Source of the DNA: Neocallimastix sp. 'constans'
Taxonomy: Eukaryota
Assembly: GCA_050613775.1 (NCBI GenBank)
Contig: JBODTK010000113.1
Span: forward strand, 310,001-374,000
DNA: 64,000 bases
Direction: 5' to 3'
The translations under genes and the position numbers were made by a program. The notes under the pieces are model-generated. The model did no database searches. It was given only the letters and a program-made list of their open reading frames with translations, and was not told the DNA's origin. Each line of letters starts with the position of its first letter. The first letter of the stretch is position 1. Of the stretch, positions 17,060-29,023 are shown one piece after another.

Positions 17060-18007
17060 ATAAGGAATTAAAAATATCGCACTATTTTTCGTCCTTTTAT
17101 ACTAATTTTTATTTAATATAAAAAGAACCAATATTTTTTGTTTAATAAAATAGGAGATTAAAAATTATTTTAAAAAAGTAACAATAATTAAAGTATGACT
17201 TTTGTGAAACATTCAAAATTAATTAAAAATAAATTTAAAAAAAAAAAAAAATAATAATAATAATTTTTCAAATCATTTTAATTTTAATTTTAATATATTT
17301 AATATATTTATTATTTTTAGTTATTTGAAAAATATTTGCTAATTATATGTATTAAATTTCAATTTATTTAACAGAATTTAAAACTTTAATGTGACAGTGA
17401 CATTAACTTTTATATTAATTGATTATTTTATTTCTTTTATTAATAGAAACGTGCTTTTTTTTTTCTTTATATTATGATTTACATTTTAATTTATTTTTTA
17501 ACAATATGAACAAAGTTAAAAAATTATTAGATCATAATTATTTTTAATATTACTTTATTTAATTTAAAAAGAAATTAATACTTGAATTATGGATTTAATA
17601 GAAAAAACTTCTCTATAAATATAGATAATTACAGAAAAATAAAAAATAGAAAATAATAAAAAAAAAAAAAGAACTTATGATATTAGGTTTTTTTTGGTAA
17701 AAATTTTTTTTTCTAATTAGTTCTCTTATTCATATTATAATTTAATATAAAAACTTCTCAGTAATATAAATAGTAACAGAAAGAAAATAACAAAAACACA
17801 AAAAAACCCATGATATTAAGTTTTTTGTAAAAATTTGACAGTAATAAATAAATGAAATATAATATTCATAGTAACACTAATAATAACATAATAATAATAG
17901 ATCTTTTTTTTTTTGATAAAATTTTACTGAATATATAATAATATAAAAATAGTTTTAAAATAGTTTTTTTTTTTTTTTTTTTTGAAAAAAAAAAAATATT
18001 TTATTAC

Positions 18008-19080
18008 ACTTATATATAAATATTATTTATTAGAATTATTAATGGTTAAAAACTTAATAAAAATATTAATTATTATAATTTTTATTATTTAATTAATAAT
18101 TTAATAAAATATGTTCAGAATGATTATAATTGAGTGGATATAATAATTTAAAACTATTAAATTGAATAAAAAGTATTTTTAATTAAAATATTATTTATTA
18201 GAATTATTAATGGTTAAAAACTTAATAAAAATATTAATTATTATAATTTTTATTATTTTAATTAATACTAATAATTTAATAATATATGTTAAAAATGATT
18301 ATTATTGAATGGATACAATTTAAAAACTATTAGATTGATCAAAAATTATTATATTTATTTATATTTTAGATAAATAACAAATTCATAAGATTTAAATTAA
18401 GATGCTTATATATATTCAGATTATTTTTATTAATATAGTTTATTGTAGTTTTATAATATTATATATAATGTTGGTTTATATATTTATTAATTAATAATAA
18501 AAATTATTAATTTTCAAAATTCTATTTATATAAAATAATATATAATACATAATAAGAGTAATACATATGATTTATTTACACTTAAAAATTTTTCATCTTT
18601 TTTTTTTTTTTTTTGTACAATAATTACTCTTCATAAATTTTTTTTTTTTTTATACAATAATTACTCTTCATAAAAATAATAGTTGAAATATATATATAAA
18701 CAAATAAAAAAAAATTTTTTCATCTTTTTTTTTTTTTTTTTGTACAATAATTACTCTTCATAAATTTTTTTTTTTTTTATACAATAATTACTCTTCATAA
18801 AAATAATAGTTGAAATATATATATAAACAAATAAAAAAAATATATATAATATATATATTCACTTTATATATTAAACAAATAAAAAAAAATTTTTTCATCT
18901 TTTTTTTTTTTTTTTTTGTACAATAATTACTCTTCATAAATTTTTTTTTTTTATACAATAATTACTCTTCATAAAAATAATAGTTGAAATATATATATAA
19001 ACAAATAAAAAAAATATATATAATATATATATTCACTTTATATATATATTTTTTTTATTTGTTTATATATATATTTCAAG
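18008..19080. repeat. Local tandem duplications (~170 bp x2, then ~130-175 bp x3) ending in an inverted repeat
   Basis: TATTATTTATTAGAATTATTAATGGTTAAAAAC occurs twice and TGTACAATAATTACTCTTCATAAA units occur three times; 18984-19079 folds back on itself. Confidence 0.8.
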
Positions 19081-19249
19081 TGAATATATATATAATTATG
19101 TTAAATTATTTATTTTCATAATTTTTAATAAATTAATTTACTATATAAAAAAATAAATTAATTGGTCATATTATCCCTATTTTTAAAAATTATCTATTTT
19201 TTTTCCAATTATAATTTTATACTATTTTTCATATTATTATTTTCATCAT

Positions 19250-20487
19250 TAGGGGAAAATAAATCTATTGAATGTGGGTGGTAGAACAAATAATGCGTTT
19301 AGATAATTTTTTAAGATCATTCCATCCTATGAATTACTTTTGATTTTTCTAATCGTATTACATAATTTATGGTATTTTGTAAATTGATCTAAGTAGGAAT
19401 CTACGTTTGGGAAATCAGAAAAAAAGGTATAATATTTTTATAAGCTAAGTATTTATCATCTTAAATTTTTTTAACATAAATGGGGTAATGAAAAGCAGGT
19501 CCTTTTAAGTTTCGAGGGCACAAAAGCTTTATTTTTTTCTGCCTATATTATATGAAGTATCTATAAAATTTTTAAACCATTTCATTCGCAGAAGTATCTT
19601 TTGAAATGGATTCAAGATCATTAGCTAAAGCAGAAAAGTAATTGTGTGAAATAATATCATCACATTTTGTATTATAAATGTGTCTGTGACCATTTAGAAG
19701 TTTTTTTTTTTGGATTTAGAAAAACCGTCAGAAGGACCTTTGTTACAAGACAAATTAATGGGTTTATGATCAGAATTACCATTAAGAGAAGTACATACAG
19801 AAGAAAGGTAGACATGAGGAGCCTTAGCTTTATTATAAATTACGTGATCTATGCATGAGGATTTAGAACCTTTTTGCGTAAGTCGTGATCTATGCATGAG
19901 GATTTAGAACCTTTTTGCGTAAGTCGTGATCTATGCATGAGGATTTAGAACCTTTTTGCGTAAGTCGTGATCTATGCATGAGGATTTAGAACCTTTTTGC
20001 GTAAGTAATATTATTACCATTTAGGGTAGCAATCGTACAATCTGAGAAGTTTTTAGAAATATTTTTTTTTGAAGTTTTTCAAAGACATATTGAAATCTTC
20101 AACATGAATAGCAAGAATGTTATCATTAGAATAATATTTCAGCCATTGATCAAGTTCAGAGAAAGCTTTAATGCCAGCTTCTGGTCATCTATTTTGAAGG
20201 TAGTAGATGTTATTGATAGAGCACTTTTGATTCCAAAAAAAGAAGTCATATTAACTGATATAATATAATTGCAAATAGAGGGTTCAAGATTATATGAACA
20301 CGATGTGTAATTCCAATAAATAAACCTCTCATTCCAGGGATCCTTTTATTAGCACACAAAAATACTGAACTATAACCACGAAGTACTGGTGATGAAGAGT
20401 TTTCCTTAAAAAATAAATTTGCTTTTACAAATTTCCTGGAGACAAATACATACTGATTTTAAGATTGAGTTCACATAAACAACAACA

Positions 20488-20520
<33 letters not shown>

Positions 20521-21040
20521 CAGAGTTCCAACCTTTGATATTCCATCTAGCACAAAGATGAAAGAAAGAAGAGTTAGAACTGAGATGACATGTGAAAAAG
20601 TCTTTTGAAATTGGATGAAGAAGAATATTAGAACAATCGGAAGCATAGTTTTATGAATCTAGACCTGGAATTGTTATTATTATTTGATAAGATATTACAA
20701 TATTTCCAATTACCTTTTGTAGAAGTATGAAGACTTTACGATAAGTGAGAGTAAAAATTCATGAAAATGTAATAGATAATTAGCAGCATAAACTTTAAGA
20801 ATGAAATAAGAGCCACATCTGGAGAGATTTTTTGTCAATATCAAAGGAGATTCTTTTGTATTTAATATATTTTTTACTGAGTAGATCGTGAAGCTGTCTG
20901 ATATGTTTGATAGACCATTCTTTTAAGATCATGAATGAAATTTAATTAAGATTTATTAAACTTGTATAAGAAGGTTGAATTTGTTAAAGCTTTCAAAATT
21001 GATAATTAAAAAAAAAAAAAAACGACTAACTGTTGAGTAA
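19250..21040 (-). mobile_element. Decayed non-LTR (LINE) ORF2, APE endonuclease region
   Basis: Minus-strand motifs appear in the expected order across frameshifts: RWNIKGWNSEKK (~20520-20550), VCICLQE (~20435-20455), VEDFNM (GDFN-like, ~20090), SCIDHVIYN and SDHKPI (19694..19897 ORF). No RT domain follows, and the boundaries are approximate. Confidence 0.8.
19843..20006. repeat. 41-bp tandem repeat, 4 perfect copies, inside the LINE remnant
   Basis: CGTGATCTATGCATGAGGATTTAGAACCTTTTTGCGTAAGT starts at 19843, 19884, 19925 and 19966, with no spacers. Confidence 0.97.
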
Positions 21041-21924
21041 ACTTTCTGAAATATTATAATATATATTCATGTGAAAAATTTTTTGAAAGAAAAAGAAAAG
21101 ACAAATATATAAAAGCATTTAATATATATCCATTAAATGTAATATGGAATATGAAAACAGAGTACTTGATTAAAAAAAAGGGAATAAAACTAAAAGTAAT
21201 ATAAATAAACTAAAATAAAAAGGATAACATGGATAAGAAAAAAAAAATATAAATTGAAAATTAAAAAATACTTACCTGGCCCAGTCATTTCAGTAACTAA
21301 AATAATAATAGTATAATATATATAGTATAAAAAGTATAAAAGATAAGAAATAGAATGTATAAAATATATATAAAATATATATATATTTATATAAATATTT
21401 AAAAAGTATATATAAGTATATATTATATATATAAAGATTAATTAGAAATTAATTTCTAATATTTGAAATTCCAAAAAAAAAAAAATTTAAAACTTAGGAA
21501 AAAAAAAAAAAAAGAAAATTAAACATATAAAATCAAGTACTGATAGTTATCATATAATCCTCATAATAAACATAATGAAAAAATATATAAATAACTATTT
21601 AAATAAATCTTTAAAACTCCCAAATTAATTTTCTAATAAACATTATCATTGTGTATACTGTTCTTGTCATCTAAGTATCTAATTTGCAATGCTTTAAAAC
21701 CCTCCAGGACCGATGACAATCCTATCATTGGGAACTTCCCTCGGTACATTAAGTGTTGAAGTAGACACCTCACGAATAGCCCCACCAGAAAAGATTGATG
21801 AATATACGTCCTCGTGAGGGACGGAATATATTATTAAAGAGATTTGTTATACTAATTAATTATTGTATTTTACTATTTAATTACAAAATTTCAATTAATT
21901 TTTTATAATATATATATATATATA

Positions 21925-22960
21925 TTTTTTTTTTCTTTTTTTTTCTAGACAGAGAAGAGAATACACTTCCATAATTTTATTAATTTTCTTATAAAAAAAA
22001 ATACATGTAGGTAAAAAAAGTACATTTGAAATTAAAAATAAAAATAAAAATAAAAGTAAAAAAATTAAAAATAAAAAATAAAAAGGCTCAAAAATACTAT
22101 GTATTTCGGCAAATTCTACTATGATTGAATTCTCCCTTCCTAACAAATAAAAAAAAATAATAAAACATAGGGGTAACATCTTTAAAATAGAGAGTGTGGT
22201 GTCTACTAAACTCTCCCCGGGGATTCATCATTTATTGAACTAGGCGAGATTCACCCTTCGTAGAAATAGATGATAATCCTGTATTGTTATTATGCCTTAT
22301 CAGTTCAACGTCGACTTTCTTGGTTAAGTTTGGTATATTGCAATACCTATCAAATAATAACTCAAATAAACTACTTATGATAGGTATTGTGCTAGTTAAA
22401 AAAACCCGCCAAGCCCACAATTTTTGGAACAGGTGTCTCAGATGAACCTTTGAAAAGTAGTTCATTTAGTTGTCTCTGTTCTCCTCTATCGAAATGTAGC
22501 TCATTTAAAGCTAAAGTTCCACCAGTAAGGAACAAAGTATATATAATGATTGATATAATCTTCAAAATCAGACATAGAGTTATAAAAAGAAAGAAGATTA
22601 AATGCTCTAATCTTCCTAATGAACAAAACATAGTGATCATCGATGAAATTTACAGAATTCTATCTAAAAGACGCAAGAGCATTGCATCAAAAAATCCAAT
22701 ATTCAAAAGATTGATTACCTTCACCACAACAGGGGAAAGTCTTAGGACAATCTTCTGAATTTTTTTTTTTTTTTTTTTTTTAGATAGGGAAGTGAATACA
22801 CTTCCATAATTTTATTAATTTTCTTATAAAAAAAAATACATGTAGGTAAAAAAGAACATTTAAAAATAAAAATAAAAATATAAGTTGAAAAAAGTAAAAA
22901 ATTAAATAAGTTTAAAAATATTGTGTATTTTGGCAAGTTGTACTCTGCGGGAATTTTCCT
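21925..22960. repeat. Diverged ~200-bp direct repeats (about 21925-22140 and 22760-22960)
   Basis: Shared core GAATACACTTCCATAATTTTATTAATTTTCTTATAAAAAAAATACATGTAGGTAAAAAA and GTATTTYGGCAA. Confidence 0.85.
22150..22757 (-). mobile_element. Decayed LINE 3' end: ORF2 C-terminal zinc-knuckle region plus 3' UTR
   Basis: The minus strand from ~22755 reads EDCPKTFPCCGEGNQSFEYWIF*CNALASFR, a degenerate CCHC knuckle of the kind found at LINE ORF2 C-termini. It ends in a hairpin (GAGAGT...ACTCTC) and a T-rich tail (CCTATGTTTTATTATTTTTTTT). Confidence 0.6.
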
Positions 22961-23278
22961 ATTTCTGTACCCATTCTAATAGTAATATATAATATATATA
23001 AATTTTACTTCTATTAATTTCAATATTTATATATGATAATAAAAATTTATTTTTTTTTTTTAATTTTTATATTATTTTGAATATATATATATTATTTTAT
23101 ATTACGCAATCAACCCTTCCGGAAGTTAAGAAATTATGTAATAACGTCTTTTATTTTATTTTATATAAACTTTTTATTTTATTTTATTTTATTTTACTTT
23201 TTTAATATAATTTTATTTAATCTCTTTAATTTCATTTACATTTTATTTTTCTAATTTCATTTTTAATTTTAAATTTAG

Positions 23279-23785
23279 TATATTATATTATATTATATTA
23301 TATTATATTATATTATATTATATTATATTATATTATATTATATTATATTATATTATATTATATTATATTATATTATATTATATTATATTATATTATATTA
23401 TATTATATTATATTATATTATATTATATTATATTATATTATATTATATTATATTATATTATATTATATTATATTATATTATATTATATTATATTATATTA
23501 TATTATATTATATTATATTATATTATATTATATTATATTATATTATATTATATTATATTATATTATATTATATTATATTATATTATATTATATTATATTA
23601 TATTATATTATATTATATTATATTATATTATATTATATTATATTATATTATATTATATTATATTATATTATATTATATTATATTATATTATATTATATTA
23701 TATTATATTATATTATATTATATTATATTATATTATATTATATTATATTATATTATATTATATTATATTATATTATATTATATTA
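23279..23785. repeat. (TATTA)n pentanucleotide microsatellite
   Basis: About 100 perfect copies. Confidence 0.98.
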
Positions 23786-24996
23786 ATTCTCTTTAAAATT
23801 TAAATTTAAAATAAAAAAAATTAAAAAAAAATTTAATTTTTAAAGAGAATTAGTTTTATATTTATCCATATATATTTAAATAATATTTTTTAATTATTTA
23901 ATAAATTATATTTTTTTAGTTTTAAAGATAAAATAAATAGCTGTATTTTATCACTTTTTATATATACATTTTTTAAATAATTAAAATCCACTTTTCCTTT
24001 TAATCTGATATCATATAAATAAATATCATATATTCTTTATAACATATATAAAAATATATATAAAACCATTTATCATCTATTGATACTTTACATTATAATA
24101 TATTAACATGTTAATTAAATAAAGCTTTAAAAGTAGAAATTGAATTCTATTTATTTATTTATTATTTTTTTTATAAATCGCAATTAATATTTATATATAA
24201 ATTCATTCTGATAAAATATTTTATTTTTTAACATTATTTTTTATAAAAACATCAGTCCTCATATATGTTATAAGATTAAATTCATAAATCATAAATCATA
24301 AATATTTTAATATACAACTCAAAAGTATTGCTAGGATTTATTTATTAGATTTATTAAAGTATTATTTATTTATTTATTTATTTTTATCATTAAGATTACA
24401 TATACTTAAAAACTTTCTAACAACTTTCTTACACACTCAATTTCTTAAACTAACTTACTACATTACTCTTATTTCAGAGAAAATGTTTTATTTTTTATAT
24501 TATCTAGATATAATTAACTATTTAATTAGTTGTTCTTGTGATTAAAATTAAACTATTAAATGAATTTTTTATGTTAAAGTATTTTAAATATTAATAATTA
24601 TTATTTATAAGGAAATAATTAATAACTATATAAAGATAAATATAAATATTAAAATAAAAAGAATAGAATTAAAAACATTGATTTATGTTAATAAAAATAT
24701 TTATTAATTATAAATATAATTAATATATAGAAATCAAGCCACATATGAAAAATATTATAAAATCATTAAATTTAAATTTGATTTATGACATTAATTTATG
24801 TTTAAATAATAAAAACTAATTTTATATTAATTAAAGGTTTGAATATTTCATTTTATATATCAATAAATAATATATAATAATATAAATTTTTAATACATTT
24901 AATTATAAATAATAATAATAATAATATATGTATTTTCTATTCTAAAATCAACTCAATAAACGAAAATTAAAAATATTAATTCAAATTTAGTTACTT

Positions 24997-25044
<48 letters not shown>

Positions 25045-25046
<2 letters not shown>

Positions 25047-25485
25047 ACTATTTTGTCGTTCAAGGTTCTATCCTGGCTGTTAAGGCCGTTCAATCTTAGA
25101 GCATAAATTTCCGTTACCCTCACTGTTGTCTAAATTCTATGTGATTTTCACCTCAGGGTTTTGCATGTAGGGTTAGAATTAAAGTGATAGCAGGTAAGTA
25201 TTATACTGGGCTCTGGTCGGTTATACTCTGTGGGGTTTTGTCAAAAGTTTTACCCTCAGCTTGAGGTTCCCAAGCATATATTAGAAATGCGTATTAAATG
25301 CAATACCACAGTTACTAAAAATGCAAGATCTTTGGGGTTGTAATCGTTGTTCATTCTCCAATAATTGGCAAACTCTGTTTTATTAGCCTTGTTTTAGGGA
25401 AGTGATAGCACTGGTGCCGAAATGGTATGGCCGGCATTACACACACCTACATGAGGGATTAAATAAGGGAATATAAAAAAAAAAA
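25045..25485. other. Unidentified GC-elevated ~440-bp insertion within a degenerate ~100-bp tandem array
   Basis: Sharp composition change, with a T-run on the left and an A-run on the right. Array units (TTCTATTCGAAAATCAACT...AATATTAATTCAAATTT) lie at about 24935, 25492, 25601 and 25691. Confidence 0.5.
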
Positions 25486-25959
25486 GAATTTCCATTCGAA
25501 TATCAACTGTATAAACGGAAATAAAAAAATATTAATTCAAATTTGGTTTTTGTATTTATTTCTTCTTATTATTATTTATTTTTTATTTTTTTTTTTTTTT
25601 TCTATTCGAAAATCAACTCCTATAAATGGAAATCAAAAAATATTAATTCAAATTTATTTTTTGTACTTATTTTTATTTCTATTTTTTTTTTTCTATTCGA
25701 AAATCAACTGATTAAATGGAAATTAAAAAATATTAATTCAAATTTATTTTTTGTACTTATTTTATTTCTATTTTTTTTTTTTTGGTTCTATTGATTGAAA
25801 TATATTATTTTATTTCTATTTTTTTTTTTTTGGTTCTATTGATTGAAATATATTAAAGATTTATATTATAACTTATTAATATTATAAATTTTTAATATAT
25901 TTCAATATAATATTACATTAGAACAAATTTAATAATAATAAATAAAGAAAAAATTAAAA

Positions 25960-25996
<37 letters not shown>

Positions 25997-26033
25997 GTAG
26001 GAAGAAATATTTTTAAAATAATTTTAATAGATA

Positions 26034-26136
<103 letters not shown>

Positions 26137-26271
26137 ACAAACAAACAAACAAAAAAATAAGTAGTAATTAACTAAATAAAATTAATTAACTAAGTAAAAA
26201 TAATTAACTAAATAAATAAATATTAACTGACTAATTAGATAAATAAATATTAATATTATATTTAGAGTATT

Positions 26272-26979
26272 ATGCAAAAAAAATATATATCTTTATTATT
26301 TTACTTTTTTTCAATTATTATTACTACTATAAATTGTAAAATATATAGTAAAGATGAAGTATTATCAATTTCAATGGACAGTTGTAAAAATGATAAAGAC
26401 TGTCCAGATAGTTCCATTGGATGTAAAAATTCTATTTGCGATTACATTTTTTATTGCAGAAATAATGAATGTATAAAGGAAGATGATCCAATTATATATG
26501 GTGTCCCAAGTACTTATAATAATAATACAAGCAATAATAATGACAATATCCCCGAAGGACAATTAACAGTTGATATTTGTAAAAATATTAAAAATAATGA
26601 TAACCCTTGTTCTACCTTTATTTGTAATAATAACTCACAATGCTACAGTAATAGCTGTAATAATGGTACATGTATTACAAACGAATCAACTGTTATATCA
26701 TTTTGTAGCTTAAATAATAAGCAAAATAAAATAGAATGTGGTAAAGTGGAAAATGAACATTGTATAAAAGATAATGAATGCTTTTATGGTTATTGTGATA
26801 ACGGATATTGTAGTAATAAACTTAGTGATAATGATGATAAAGCAGTGGGTATATATATTTATTTATTTTACGGTCTTCTTTTATTAATCGGAATATTCTT
26901 TGCCTTTTTAATTATTTTTCTTATTATCCATGTTATTAAAAAAAAGGTAAGAATAATAAAAACAAAAAATAAATTTTAA
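26272..26979 (+). CDS. Cys-rich extracellular single-pass membrane protein, 235 aa
   Basis: N-terminal signal peptide, repeated C-x4-C-x3/4-C-x4-C modules (CKNDKDC, CNNNSQCYSNSCNNGTC, CIKDNECFYGYCDNGYC), a hydrophobic TM segment and a basic stop-transfer tail. Confidence 0.85.
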   Translation: MQKKYISLLFYFFSIIITTINCKIYSKDEVLSISMDSCKNDKDCPDSSIGCKNSICDYIFYCRNNECIKEDDPIIYGVPSTYNNNTSNNNDNIPEGQLTVDICKNIKNNDNPCSTFICNNNSQCYSNSCNNGTCITNESTVISFCSLNNKQNKIECGKVENEHCIKDNECFYGYCDNGYCSNKLSDNDDKAVGIYIYLFYGLLLLIGIFFAFLIIFLIIHVIKKKVRIIKTKNKF

Positions 26980-27158
26980 TAAGATTCAATAAATAAAAAC
27001 TCAAAAATTAGCTATAAATATTTAATAATATACATAATATAAATAATATATATATTATGTGTGTGTAAATATTAAAAAAAGTGTACTGTATTTTTTTAGT
27101 TTTAATATGAAATAAAAATTAAATAATAAAATAAATATTATTATTTAAAAATTTATAA

Positions 27159-27223
<65 letters not shown>

Positions 27224-27348
27224 AGTTTTGTAAAGTTTTGATAATTAATTATTTGAATATAAAATTTTCGATTAAATAATTTATTTAGTTTTTTTAAAAC
27301 ATTTTCATTGGTAGTGAAAATATTTACTAATTTACTAGTTAAGAAAGA

Positions 27349-28060
27349 TGATATAAAACGCAAATAAAAACTTTAATTATTAATAAATTATTTTATTAAT
27401 AATTACATAAAAATAAATTAATAAATCATTTGCAATTCGTGATATAAAGTCAACGTGATCAAAAATAACGTGAAAAAATTAAAATTATGTAAAAACATAA
27501 TTTTATGAAAGAACATAAAAATTAATGTAAACATAAAATTTATGTAATAAATTTTATGTTATGTTAAAATTGAAATAATTTATAAATTTCTTTTTATTAT
27601 TTTTATTATTTTTATATTTAATATTTTATTTTATTATATTTTTAATTATTTTAATAATTATTATTTTATATTAATATTTTATTAATTATAATAAATTTAT
27701 ATTTTTATTAATATTTTATGAATATTTTATATTTTATTTTATACTTTTATCTTAAATACTTTAAATACTAAATAATTAATTTTTATTATTTTTAAAATAG
27801 TTTATAGTTAAAGAAAATTATAAAAAGAATACTTTTTCTTTATGTTAATTCTTTGCAATATTTTATGCCAATTTACTTCATACAATACTTAATTTATATT
27901 ATATAATTACTTTTATATTTACAATGAATAATTAAATAAATGTAACAAATAAGTTTTATAATTACTTTTAAATAATAAATAAATAAAATTTTATAATTAA
28001 ATAACAATTTTATAAAACTTCTCCCAACAAGAGAACTTGAACCAAAGGCGTACTTTATCA
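27349..28060 (+). repeat. 5' LTR (712 bp)
   Basis: Starts TGATATAAAACG and ends GCGTACTTTATCA; no difference from the 3' LTR was found by eye. Confidence 0.96.
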
Positions 28061-28063
28061 TTT

Positions 28064-28078
28064 TGGTGGAGATATCGG
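28064..28078 (+). promoter_or_regulatory. Primer binding site, probably tRNA-Ala
   Basis: TGGTGGAGATATCGG lies 3 nt after the LTR. It is complementary to a tRNA 3' end ...CCGATATCTCCACCA, and the TCCACCA ending is typical of tRNA-Ala. Confidence 0.8.
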
Positions 28079-28119
28079 TTCTCTTAGAGGAGGAGAAGAA
28101 TATAATTATTTCCAATAAT

Positions 28120-28162
<43 letters not shown>

Positions 28163-28458
28163 AAAAAAAAAAAAAAAAAAAAATTTTTAATAAGAATTTT
28201 ATAATAAAAATATAATTTTTAATTTTCTTAAAAAAAAAAAAAAAAACGCATATTTCAAAAATTTAAAAATTAATTTTAAAAATTAATTTTATTAAAATAT
28301 TTTTTTTAAATTGAATTAATCATATTATATATAAATATATTGTATAATATATTTATATAATTTTATTAAAAGAGTTGATTAAATAGTATTATATATATAA
28401 ATATATTTTAATATATATTTATATTTATTAAAAAAAAAAAAAAAAAAAAAAAATTTTT

Positions 28459-28718
28459 ATTATTGTGGCGTTGCTAATAGAAATATACTTTTCTTATTAG
28501 TAACTAATTAACAAAGTATCTCAGCATAGACAAGCCGTATTGATTCTCACCAGGGGTATATTAGGCAGTAATAATAAGATCCTGAAGCACGTGACGGAAC
28601 ATAGATCGTGTGAATAAGGTGACGGAACCATTATTATTGTGCGAAAGACCCTAATCAATACGTCTATTATAGTTACTTTGGTCGGAATTAGTTCTAATAA
28701 TAACAATACCACAATAAT
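28459..28718 (+). other. Candidate structured cis-acting RNA in the retrotransposon 5' leader
   Basis: GC-elevated island with at least five nested helices (see findings). Confidence 0.6.
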
Positions 28719-28869
28719 TATCATTAAATAAATTTTAAAAAAATTGTGAAAATATTGAATTTTAAAAATAGAAATATTATTCTAAACTTAAAATATAATA
28801 AATTTACATAAAGTATTATTAAATCACCTGACTATAAATAGTCTATATTAAATTATAGTGAATTATTAT

Positions 28870-28945
<76 letters not shown>

Positions 28946-29023
28946 TAAACTTTAATAAATATTAAATTGATTTCCATTGAAGAAATTTTGGAAAAACTTA
29001 TTGAAATACGTAAAATCAAAAAA

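Noticed and set aside
19843..20006. CRISPR-like array
   Set aside because: The repeats are contiguous with no spacers, there are no cas genes, and the context is a eukaryotic LINE.
21268..21280. ATACTTACCTGGC, matching the U1 snRNA 5' end (a similar match lies on the minus strand at ~25191-25201)
   Set aside because: No U1 stem-loop I or II loop motifs follow. It is simply the complement of a consensus splice donor (CAG/GTAAGTAT).
25422..25436. GGCCATACCA on the minus strand, resembling the 5S rRNA 5' end
   Set aside because: Only about 10 nt match; there is no 5S box A, box C or downstream similarity.
27344..27348. 5-bp TSD for the Gypsy element
   Set aside because: AAAGA and AAGAG do not match; only the 4-bp AAGA is duplicated.
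28581..28625. Hammerhead-like CTGAAG...stem...GAA in the leader RNA
   Set aside because: It lacks the CUGANGA/GAAA spacing and has no stem III or NUH cleavage site.
28967..29023. TTG start for gag, and ATG 30325 as an independent pol start
   Set aside because: Eukaryotic initiation favours ATG 29024, and pol is better explained by the -1 frameshift.
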